Source: an uncultured archaeon (GTDB lineage Archaea; Asgardarchaeota; Thorarchaeia; Thorarchaeales; Thorarchaeaceae). From it: a DNA stretch of 20,575 nucleotides. The notes beneath the pieces were generated by a model. The model made no database searches and was not told the origin of the DNA. It saw only the letters and a list, made by a program, of their open reading frames with translations. Position numbers and translations under genes: made by a program. Positions 1 to 8,400 of the stretch are shown here, one piece after another (position 1 is the stretch's first letter; each line of letters opens with the position of its first letter). The stretch lies in contig CAYWJO010000045.1 in NCBI GenBank assembly GCA_964458565.1, positions 1-20,575 on the forward strand, written 5' to 3'.

Positions 1-38
1 TACAGACCTTACATGTAATTCGGACTTGAAAAAAAAAT

Positions 39-73
39 ATGGCGCCCCCGCCGGGACTTGAACCCGGGTCTGT
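39..73 (-). repeat. Partial duplicate of the tRNA-Asp 3' end (att-like direct repeat of 955-989)
   Basis: ATGGCGCCCCCGCCGGGAcTtGAACCCGGGTCTGT matches 955-989 at 33/35 nt; both mismatches are in the T-loop. On the minus strand it is followed by a T-tract (A-run 29-37). Confidence 0.9.
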
Positions 74-145
74 TGAAGATGCTATGAAACATAAACGTAA
101 TTAGCGATTGTTCCCATTCTTTCACAGATATTGTGGTGCTTTGCC

Positions 146-868
146 ATGGATGAAGAGGGATTTCGTAGTTTTTTGAAGAAACAACGGCGTTCAGATGGAA
201 CCATTCAAACTTGCATAGATCTCACATCGAAATTTGAGCAATATCTCAAGAAGCATAGAGAAGGGAAGACTGTAGAAATTGCAAAGGTTGCTGACCTTGA
301 GGTCTTCATAGATTGGGGGGAGAAAGAGATTGGATCGATGAACTCATACCTCTGGGCACTCGGTCGTTATTTTGAATATTCAGGACAAGAAAGTCTTCAA
401 AAACAAGCCAATCAGATGAGGCAATCAGAAATTGCCAAGAAACGAGGGAAAAGAAAGAAGCTACTATTAAAGAAAATCCACGGATTAAAAGAGGATGATG
501 TGAAGAAACTAGAGTCTGCAGGAGTTTCCGATACAGAAGCAATGATAATCTCAGGACGCACACATGAATTAAGAGTTGAGCTTTCAAAACGAACAGGCAT
601 CCCTGTCGATAGAATCGTAGAGCTTGTGAAAATAGCTGACTTGACACGTATTGTAGACATCAAAGGCATACGTGTAAGACTTCTATATGATACTGGAGTG
701 GATACAGTAGAAAAGGTTGCTACTCAAAATCCAGAAAATCTGAGAGAACTGACTATCAAGGTGAATGAAGTTGAAAAACTTCTGAAACGTCATCCTACGC
801 TCGTTGAAACTGTATATTGGATCAGTCAGGCCAAGGAACTCGATTCCATCGTTGAATGGGATAACTGA
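146..868 (+). CDS. DUF4332-like (helix-hairpin-helix) protein with an N-terminal integrase SAM-like/core-binding-type domain
   Basis: ORF 131-868; ATG at 146 preferred. The C-terminal IHGL...LESAGV...ADLTRIVDIKG...LLYDTGVDTVEKVA...WISQAKEL resembles DUF4332. The N-terminal FRSFLKKQRRSDGTIQT resembles integrase N-terminal domains. No tyrosine-recombinase catalytic domain is seen. Confidence 0.7.
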   Translation: MDEEGFRSFLKKQRRSDGTIQTCIDLTSKFEQYLKKHREGKTVEIAKVADLEVFIDWGEKEIGSMNSYLWALGRYFEYSGQESLQKQANQMRQSEIAKKRGKRKKLLLKKIHGLKEDDVKKLESAGVSDTEAMIISGRTHELRVELSKRTGIPVDRIVELVKIADLTRIVDIKGIRVRLLYDTGVDTVEKVATQNPENLRELTIKVNEVEKLLKRHPTLVETVYWISQAKELDSIVEWDN

Positions 869-987
869 TATCACACCAGGATTATTTACTCAGCTTGTTT
901 CAAAAATTGTTGATACAATCATATCGTACGTGTTCACCGAATTGAAAGAAAGAGATGGCGCCCCCGCCGGGATTCGAACCCGGGTCT

Positions 988-1016
988 GTCTCCGCATCTC
1001 TCAATTGAGAGAGGCT
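988..1016 (-). other. tRNA-Asp intron at non-canonical 43/44 (29 nt, BHB-type)
   Basis: AGCCTCTCTCAATTGAGAGATGCGGAGAC: inner hairpin GC-C-TCTCTC/GAGAGA-T-GC; central helix CTCT(38-41)/GGAG; bulges TG|A and AC|A. Confidence 0.85.
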
Positions 1017-1022
1017 CAAGAG

Positions 1023-1052
1023 GTCCGCAGCAATCAGTCAAGCCAATTGATT
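1023..1052 (-). other. tRNA-Asp intron at canonical 37/38 (30 nt, relaxed BHB)
   Basis: Central helix CTGT(32-35)/GCGG; bulges CA|A and AC|C; imperfect inner hairpin. Confidence 0.85.
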
Positions 1053-1096
1053 TGACAGTCTTGAATGCTCGGCCGAGCTACACCACAGGGGCTGTT

Positions 1097-1135
1097 TTCG
1101 ACCCGTCCAACCTTGATTTTCTATTAAACTTGTCG
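1097..1135 (-). promoter_or_regulatory. tRNA-Asp promoter (BRE/TATA); copy 1 of a 34-39 bp direct repeat
   Basis: Minus strand CGACAAG-TTTAATA-GAAAA, with the TATA-like box (1122-1128) about 30 bp upstream of the tRNA 5' end. Repeated at 4080-4113 and 4862-4900. Confidence 0.75.
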
Positions 1136-3946
1136 TTACAATCCTTCTTCGGATTCGTTCTTTTCCCTGTTCCATGTGGCATAGATTTGATGTCGAAACG
1201 TAAAAGCCATTCCCAACATGAAACAGCACGATATCAACACTATAATAGCAATTGGAAATGAGTACCATAGGAGTAGCTCATAGATTGTAACTTGGGGATT
1301 CTTTGGGTCGAATCCGTTTAACACCTCCCACCCATCAGGAATGGAGTCAAGATCAGTATCGATGTGTCGTGGATTCGTACCAAGCTCATACTCACGGACG
1401 TTGCTCAACAAGTCTGAGTCTGCATCACTCAGACTATCAGTTTCGGATAGAGGATTGAAAGAGTACAGATACTCCCATCCATCTGGCATGAGGTCCGAGT
1501 CTGTATCGTTGTTGTTTGGTAATGTCCCCAGACAATACTCATCACTGTTCTGCAAGCCATCAAAATCAAGGTCAGCTGCAGCGTCATCCACTAGAGGATT
1601 CAGACCATATTCTAATTCCCATCCATCGGGCATGGAATCGGAGTCCGTATCATTGTTATTGGGACTGGTTCCATTCCCATACTCAAAGATATTGATCACT
1701 TCGTCTCGGTCGAGGTCTAGAACTGAGTCATCGAGGATTGGATTGAGTCCTCCCTCGATCTCCCACAGATCAGGCATCGAGTCCGAGTCCGAATCACCTT
1801 CTGTTGGTAGGGTCCCATTTCCGTATTCAAAGAGATTGATTAGTCCATCTGTATCTAGGTCTAGAAGTGAGTCATCAAACAATGGGTTCAAATTGTATAA
1901 GACTTCCCAGTTATCTGGCATTAAATCACCATCAGAATCAACTAAATCCGGACTTGTACAGAGTGAGTACTCTTCTAGGTTAGTCAATCCATCATTGTCA
2001 AAATCCAGTTGTGAGTCATCAGAAATCGGATTGAGTTGGTGATTTATTTCCCAATCATCTGGCATCAGGTCATCATCTGTATCATTACTCCATGGATTCG
2101 TGGAGTATCGCCATTCGTCTACATTCGAAAGAGAGTCGGAGTCCGGGTCATCCATTGAGTCGTTCAGGAGCGGATTCAGATTGTTGTTGACCTCCCATCC
2201 ATCTGGCATGGAATCGAAATCGGTATCACTAGAATTGGGTCGTGTTCCATATCTGTATTCCTGAAGATTGGAGAGACCGTCTATGTCGGAATCATATGAT
2301 GAGTCATTGAAGTTCGGATCTAAGCCAAATTCTATCTCCCACCAGTCAGGTAGTCTGTCATTATCACTATCGGACAGATCATTCATTTTTATGACAAAAC
2401 CATCGCTGCTGCCACCATTGTAGTATTCTTCAGATTCACTAAGACATGGAAAATCATGTGATGATGTTTCTCCAATAAGTACCAGTTTGCCAACGGAATC
2501 GTAGATTATCGAGTTTCCGATATCTGTTTCATTTCCTCCAATATAAGTTGAGAATAATATGGCAGAGTTGTTGGTATCTACTTTGGCAACAAAACAATCG
2601 AATTCGCCGCCATCAAAAGTTGTATCGAAGATGGTCATGTTCGGAAAGTCTGATGAATTGGTCCTTCCAATAAGTAGTACATTGTTTTCTTGATCAAGTG
2701 ATAGTGATTGAATTTCATCATCTCCAGACCCACCTAGGAATGTTGAGTAGAGAAGAGAATCACCCTGTGGACTTAGCTTTAGTAAGAAACCCTCTGATTC
2801 ACCCGAGAAAAGGGGATCTAGAGCACTAAGAGCTGGAAAATCAGATGAGTCTGTATAACCCGCGACATAGATTACATCCAAGGCATCAATACCTATTGTC
2901 GAGCCCTTATCATAACCAGTTCCACCAATAAATGTGGAGTAATTCAGATTTCCATTTGGACTGACCTTTGCTATGAAACAGTCCCATAGACCATTATGAG
3001 AGTCATCAAATGCTGATTCAAGCGGAAAGTCTGATGAATCAGAGGTATATCCAGTGATATATGCATTATTATTAGAATCGATTGTTATAGCAGTAACTTC
3101 ATCTGTGTTGGAACCTCCTATAAAGGAAGAGAATATGAGGTCGTTTCCAGTAGTGTTCAATTTGAAGATGAAACCCTCTTGACTGGAGTGGGTACTATCA
3201 AAGGCATTTACAAGTGGAAAACTTAACGAGTCGGTGTATCCAACAGCACAAACATTCTGTGTGGAGTCTAACGCAATATCGGTTATAGTGTCGAATGAAT
3301 TCCCTCCAAGATATGTGGAATAAAGGATTCCATTCCCTGTTGAGTTAAGCTTCAGGAGAAATGTATCAGTATACCATGTATCTATGTGGGATGATTGATA
3401 CGCATTTACGACAGGGAAATCAATTGACATTGTATCTCCAGCAATGTAGACATTCCCAAATTCATCAACCTCTATCGCATTCGCTCTGTCAAGACTCATT
3501 CCACCAATAACAGTAGAGTACATTATGTCACCATTAGGACTAAACTTCACAACAAAACAATCTCTGGATGTTGGCCATATTCTTTCATATCCACCAACGA
3601 CTGGAAAATCTGGAGACTCTGTTGATCCTGCTACATAGATATTACCCTCTGGGTCTACTGCAACGTCATTACAGACATCAGTATCTGAACCTCCCAGGTA
3701 GGTCGAGAACAGAAATGGGATGTCACTTCGCAAAAGTTGCTCAGCAGGATTTGAAAAACTAGTTGATGGGACCATATTGGGTTTTGGGTTCTTTACTGAA
3801 TGATACTTACGAAACACCAATTGATTATTATCAAGACCTCTCGCGTCGTCAGTTTCTATCTGGCTGAATTCACACACAGATATCTGAGATATAAGAAATA
3901 GAATACAAAAGAAGAATGAGAATATAAACACTCGAGAACTATTCAT
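1136..3946 (-). CDS. Membrane-anchored surface protein: SBBP-type beta-propeller repeats plus acidic Ca-binding (TSP3-like) repeats
   Basis: N-terminal hydrophobic signal segment; repeated STYLGG..D...IA.D..GNIYVAG.T.S.DFP units; D-x-D-x-D-x-(M/L)PDxWE repeats; C-terminal TM helix. ATG at 3946 has a GGGAG SD-like motif (the ORF track starts at 3961). Confidence 0.85.
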   Translation of the reverse strand: MNSSRVFIFSFFFCILFLISQISVCEFSQIETDDARGLDNNQLVFRKYHSVKNPKPNMVPSTSFSNPAEQLLRSDIPFLFSTYLGGSDTDVCNDVAVDPEGNIYVAGSTESPDFPVVGGYERIWPTSRDCFVVKFSPNGDIMYSTVIGGMSLDRANAIEVDEFGNVYIAGDTMSIDFPVVNAYQSSHIDTWYTDTFLLKLNSTGNGILYSTYLGGNSFDTITDIALDSTQNVCAVGYTDSLSFPLVNAFDSTHSSQEGFIFKLNTTGNDLIFSSFIGGSNTDEVTAITIDSNNNAYITGYTSDSSDFPLESAFDDSHNGLWDCFIAKVSPNGNLNYSTFIGGTGYDKGSTIGIDALDVIYVAGYTDSSDFPALSALDPLFSGESEGFLLKLSPQGDSLLYSTFLGGSGDDEIQSLSLDQENNVLLIGRTNSSDFPNMTIFDTTFDGGEFDCFVAKVDTNNSAILFSTYIGGNETDIGNSIIYDSVGKLVLIGETSSHDFPCLSESEEYYNGGSSDGFVIKMNDLSDSDNDRLPDWWEIEFGLDPNFNDSSYDSDIDGLSNLQEYRYGTRPNSSDTDFDSMPDGWEVNNNLNPLLNDSMDDPDSDSLSNVDEWRYSTNPWSNDTDDDLMPDDWEINHQLNPISDDSQLDFDNDGLTNLEEYSLCTSPDLVDSDGDLMPDNWEVLYNLNPLFDDSLLDLDTDGLINLFEYGNGTLPTEGDSDSDSMPDLWEIEGGLNPILDDSVLDLDRDEVINIFEYGNGTSPNNNDTDSDSMPDGWELEYGLNPLVDDAAADLDFDGLQNSDEYCLGTLPNNNDTDSDLMPDGWEYLYSFNPLSETDSLSDADSDLLSNVREYELGTNPRHIDTDLDSIPDGWEVLNGFDPKNPQVTIYELLLWYSFPIAIIVLISCCFMLGMAFTFRHQIYATWNREKNESEEGL
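1300..2371 (-). repeat. About 7.5 intragenic tandem copies of a ~48-aa acidic repeat
   Basis: Eight DxDxDx(M/L/I)PDxWE starts alternate with DxDxDx(L/I)xNxxEY half-units. Boundaries are approximate. Confidence 0.85.
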
Positions 3947-4079
3947 TAGATACTCCCACAATCTTCGTACTCTATTTAGATCATATTAGCAGTACATCTG
4001 ATCCCTTGAAGTGCTTTACTATACCCAAACACACTCATTGTTGAAATCAGCGTAATCCCTCCTCTCTGTCTACGAATTT

Positions 4080-4113
4080 CTCGTCCAAACGTGATTTTCT
4101 ATTAAAGTTGTCG
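4080..4113 (-). repeat. Copy 2 of the tRNA-Asp promoter repeat
   Basis: CTCGTCCAAACGTGATTTTCTATTAAAGTTGTCG, 33/34 identical to 4867-4900. Confidence 0.9.
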
Positions 4114-4179
4114 CTATATTCTCAACATTTCTATCAGTTCCAGAATAAAATTTCAGTTTCCATTTGGACATCTGCATCG

Positions 4180-4623
4180 TTAGTGTGAGTCAATATATCC
4201 GATAAGAGCAATCAAAGAAGGTAGTGGTAGTGGAATATAAATTGTGATCAATATTCCCGGATTTACTACGAGTGAGAGAAGGAGTAAAGGAACTACAATC
4301 TGAAGTGAGAAACATAGAAGTATTGAAGCAAGTAGAATGGATGATGTGGTAGTTCTAAGAAATCTGTAAGCAGCAGCTAAGATGAAGCTAAGTAGTAACC
4401 ATGATACTGAAATTGAGATAAATGCAAGCGGCTCAAAAACCTGCTCACTTGAAATTCCCAATGGATAAAATCTATTGGTTAAAAGGGAATAAACTCCAAA
4501 GACAAAGAACAAGTAGGAATCGAATATCTCTATCCATCCACTTTGCCAAGTTAATATCATACTAGGCCCAATTGATGCTGATACAATGATTCCCAGAATT
4601 ACCAATTTCTCTTTATCTAACAT
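4180..4623 (-). CDS. Hypothetical multi-pass membrane protein
   Basis: Very hydrophobic ORF (track 4180-4725). ATG at 4623 (MLDKEKL) is preceded by SD-like GGTAGGA. Confidence 0.65.
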   Translation of the reverse strand: MLDKEKLVILGIIVSASIGPSMILTWQSGWIEIFDSYLFFVFGVYSLLTNRFYPLGISSEQVFEPLAFISISVSWLLLSFILAAAYRFLRTTTSSILLASILLCFSLQIVVPLLLLSLVVNPGILITIYIPLPLPSLIALIGYIDSH

Positions 4624-4861
4624 TCCTACCACATTCTTGTTAGCGATTGGCTGATTTGCTTTGATATTATCTAAGTCTAACTGTAGAGTGGTGTAATGTA
4701 CAGATATGGACATATGGATAGTCACGCACAGAAACTGAATTGGGCCACATTAAGTGGGACTATCAGATTCTGGTGAGTTTGTGTCCAATCACGGGAAAAG
4801 GCTAAGTAACTAAGAAGGATGTCATCCCGACTTTTGTTAATCTAATCACACCAAAAAAAAG

Positions 4862-4900
4862 TTCGACTCGTCCAAACGTGGTTTTCTATTAAAGTTGTCG
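4862..4900 (-). repeat. Copy 3 of the tRNA-Asp promoter repeat
   Basis: TTCGACTCGTCCAAACGTGGTTTTCTATTAAAGTTGTCG, 34/39 identical to 1097-1135. On the minus strand it is followed directly by a T8 tract (4853-4860). Confidence 0.9.
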
Positions 4901-5161
4901 GAGTATCCATGATAAAACCCCGACCAGCAAAATCCTTTTTACAAACCAAGACCTTATACAAACCTGACCAAAATCAAATGGTCCGACTTAGTTGATACTC
5001 TATTCTTTCGTTTTATCGAAAGTCTTTTATGGTTACAGAAGGCCTCGTCGAATGCTCAGCAGGACAGCTTCCCAGACATGCATGGCCATCGATTACGCTT
5101 TATACGTCACTGCAATGCATGATGACACTATATGCGGCGTGATATAATGGTCATTCCTTAG

Positions 5162-5269
5162 GGGCTCGTGGCGCAGCTAGGTAGCGCAGCAGGCTTTTAA
5201 CCTGAGGAACAAGAGAGTCATCTCTTGTTTGGGTAATGGCCGCGGGTTCAAATCCCGCCGAGCCCGCCA
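5162..5269 (+). tRNA. trnK: tRNA-Lys(TTT) with an intron at 43/44, CCA encoded
   Basis: GGGCTCG TG GCGC AGCTAGGTA GCGC A GCAGG CT TTT AA CCTGA [intron] TGGCC GCGGG TTCAAAT CCCGC CGAGCCC G CCA; anticodon at 5196-5198. Confidence 0.93.
5206..5236 (+). other. tRNA-Lys intron at non-canonical 43/44 (31 nt, BHB-type)
   Basis: 10-bp inner hairpin GAACAAGAGA-GTCA-TCTCTTGTTT; central helix ACCT/GGGT; bulges GA|G and AA|T. Confidence 0.88.
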
Positions 5270-5325
5270 CTTACCACAGTAAGACCAGTATGTTTTGGAA
5301 TGATTTCTGAAGAGCATAAAAAAAA

Positions 5326-5418
5326 ACGGGGCGGCTATTGTCGCACGATATGTGAGCTCGGATTTATTCTCTGGGTTCCATGCGTTGGGAAGCGTTTGTG
5401 CCACAATAGTATCCCCGT
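5326..5418 (+). promoter_or_regulatory. Putative structured RNA leader upstream of rpoB
   Basis: Pairings ACGGGG/CCCCGT, GCTATTGT/ACAATAGT, GCACGA/TTGTGC and GAGCTCGGA/TCTGGGTTC, plus a side hairpin CGTT-GGGA-AGCG. Confidence 0.55.
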
Positions 5419-5440
5419 CCTCTATCAAGGTGTCACAGTC

Positions 5441-8400
5441 ATGGGATCAAAAGAAAAACGCGACAGATATTGGCCCGTAATAGAGAGCTTCTTTGACGAA
5501 TACGGGCTCGTAGGTCAGCATCTAGACTCCTTCAATAGATTTGTTGAGGAGGAACTACAACAAATTGTTGAAAGTGTTGGTGAGTTGAAACCTAAGGTAG
5601 AAGGCTATACAGTCCAACTGGGCAGAATCGAAGTGGAGCCACCTTCAGTACGTGAGGCAGATGGAAGTGAACATCCTCTCTTTCCAAACGAAGCCAGAAT
5701 TCGTAATCTCACTTATGCAAGTAAGCTGTTTCTTGAGTGTACCCCTGTTCGAAAGGAAGGAACTGTAACCACTCGTCTTGAAACACTTCGTATCTATATT
5801 GGTGACCTACCAATCATGCTCAGGAGCAAGAAATGTCTCCTGAATGACATGTCCCGGGAAGAGCTCATCAAAACCGGTGAGGACCCCAAAGACCCTGGAG
5901 GATATTTCATAATTAATGGCTCCGAACGTGTACTAGTTACACAAGAAGATTTGGCGCCAAACCGAATACTAATCGAGGAGGCTAGCAAAAGCTCGAGCTT
6001 TACTCACATTGCAAAAGTCTTCTCTACATCACGTGGATTCCGTGCACCAGTGACAATCGAACGAAAGCGAACCGGTGAATTGAGAGTATCATTTCCATCA
6101 GTACCCGGAAAGATCCCACTTGCTATTCTTCTGAAGTCACTCGGACTTGAATCAGACCGTGACATTGTCGATGTGATATCTGACGACGAAGAGATACGAA
6201 ATGAGCTGATAGTCACAATTGAACAGTCTGCACCCATCAATGCGGCACGTGATGAAGAGGGTGGTTCTACACGTGATAACGCGTTAGACTTTATTGGAAA
6301 ACGTGTAGCTGTTGGTCAGACAAAGGAGTACAGACTTGCACGTGCAGAGAAAGTACTTGACAGATACCTCCTACCTCACATTGGTACAGAGGATGACGAC
6401 CGTCTTCAGAAGGCATACTATCTGGGACAGATGGTCGAACGTCTCCTAGAATTAGTCCTTAGTAAGCGACAACAAGACGACAAGGACCATTATGCAAACA
6501 AACGACTCAAGCTCTCGGGTGATCTTTTGATGTCTCTTTTCAGAGTAGCATTATATTCACTCACACGTGATATCAAATATCAGCTAGAACGTACTGCGGT
6601 CCGTGGACGCAAACCAAATATCCGTACTGCAGTCAGAGCAGACGTTATCACTCAGAGACTGAAACACGCTCTTGCAACAGGTAACTGGGTTGGAGGAAAG
6701 GCTGGAGTATCACAGCTTCTAGATCGAACCAATTACATTTCTTCACTATCTCACCTACGAAGAGTCGTATCGCCACTTTCACGTTCGCAACCACACTTCG
6801 AGGCTAGAGACTTACATTCCACACATTGGGGTAAGATTTGTCCAAACGAAACTCCCGAAGGTCCAAACTGTGGTCTTGTCAAGAACATTGCAATGATGGC
6901 TTACATTTCTGTAGGAACAAATGAAGACGTAGTAGAACGTGCGTCTTACAAGGCTGAAGTGCAGCCAATTGAGAAGATCAGGGGAAAACGTGGTATGGAA
7001 TGGGCAGACGTCTTTCTCAATGGACGTCTAATAGGAATCCACGGAGCTCCTCAGGTGCTTGTAAAGACCATTCGACAGAAAAGACGAGCTGGTGAACTTG
7101 ATGGTGAAACCAACATCGCATACTATGACGACACACATGAAGTACAAATCAACTGCGATGCCGGTCGCGTAAGGCGTCCACTAATCGTTGTCGAGAATGG
7201 CAAGAGTAGACTCACTGATGAACACCTCAGAATGGTTATTGATGGCGAGTGGAACTTTGCAGACCTTCAACGTAATGGTATTGTAGAATTTATCGATGCA
7301 GAAGAGGAAGAAAACACACTCATTGCCATGTATCCCGATGAGATAGGCAAGAATTCAACCCACATGGAGATTGTCCCATCGACAATTTTGGGCATTTCAG
7401 CGGCACTGATACCATTCCCAGAGCGGAACCAGTCACCACGTAATGTATACATGGCTGGAATGGCAAAACAGTCAGTTGGTGTTCCTGCATCTAACTTCAA
7501 GTATCGTACAGATACGCGTTCACATTTCTTCCATTATCCACAAATACCACTTGTAAAGACCCGTGCTATGGACTCCATTGGTTATGAGGAGCGTCCTGCA
7601 GGTCAGAACTTTGTAGTAGCAATCCTCTCATATCAAGGCTATAACATTGAAGATGCACTCATCATGAACAAAGCCTCTATCGAACGAGGTCTCGGGCGAA
7701 GTACTTTCACCCGTGTCTATGAGAGCGAGGAGCGTAAATATCCCGGAGGTCAAGAGGACAGATTTGAGATTCCTGATCGTAGTGTACGTGGTTATCGAGC
7801 CTCTGAATCTTACCGCAACCTTGGCGAAGATGGTATCATCGAAACTGAAGTAGAGGTACAGGGAGGCGATGTCCTTATCGGACGAACATCACCCCCACGA
7901 TTCCTTGAGGAATATTCTGAATTCGAAGTGGCTTCACCTAACCGTCGTGAAACTTCAGTGGCAGTACGCCATGGAGAGTCCGGTGTGGTTGATAGTGTTA
8001 TCCTCACAGAGACCATTGACGGAAATAGATTAGTCAAGGTAAAAGTTCGAGACTTACGTATTCCAGAGCTAGGTGACAAATACGCGTCACGTCATGGCCA
8101 GAAAGGTGTTCTTGGATACTTAGCACCTCAACAAGATCTACCCTTCACAGAGGATGGAGTTGTTCCAGACCTAGTTATCAATCCACACGCTATACCAAGC
8201 CGTATGACCATCGGTCAGATACTCGAGATGATTGCAGGAAAATCTGCAGGCGTTGTAGGGAAACAACAGGATGCAACCCCCTTCACCGGAGTGAATGAAG
8301 AGGAACTTTTCGAGATACTCAAAAAACACGGTTTCCAACACAATGGACGAGAGACCATGTATTCAGGTATAACAGGCGAGAAACTAAGGACTGACATCTT

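Larger units (their letters stand above)
956..1092 (-). tRNA. trnD: tRNA-Asp(GTC) with two introns (37/38 and 43/44), CCA encoded
   Basis: Minus strand reads GCCCCTG TG GTGT AGCTCGGCCGA GCAT T CAAGA CT GTC A [intron] C TCTTG [intron] AGAC CCGGG TTCGAAT CCCGG CGGGGGC G CCA. Anticodon at 1054-1056. Removing both introns gives a full cloverleaf. Confidence 0.93.

Noticed and set aside
39-130. 3' half of a split (trans-spliced) tRNA-Asp
   Set aside because: The sequence preceding the AC bulge (TTCA) cannot pair with CTCT to form the central helix, and no complementary leader/trailer is seen in the window. An att remnant is simpler.
804-1268. Short ORFs 804-1055, 1038-1268 and 1052-1261 (also 5177-5428)
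   Set aside because: They overlap tRNA genes or real CDSs and are spurious.
1341-2042. 233-aa Ser-rich plus-strand ORF, and other antisense ORFs within the rpo, nusA and accessory genes
   Set aside because: Shadow frames of well-supported genes with no independent motifs.
1097-4900. CRISPR array interpretation of the ~35-bp repeats
   Set aside because: The spacing is 0.75-2.9 kb with whole genes in between, and there are no cas genes in the window.
5119-5160. Possible C/D box sRNA upstream of tRNA-Lys (ATGATGA box C)
   Set aside because: There is no proper CTGA D or D' box (only CTTA), so support is too weak.
5300-5440. Cys-containing N-terminal extension of RpoB in the ORF track
   Set aside because: RpoB similarity starts after the ATG at 5441, which has an SD; the extension overlaps a structured RNA.
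6225-6290. Apparent short insertion in RpoB (APINAARDEEGGS) as a hidden in-frame intron
   Set aside because: Only a weak CACCC/GGGTG pairing, no 3-4-3 BHB, no stop or frameshift, and it lies in a variable loop.
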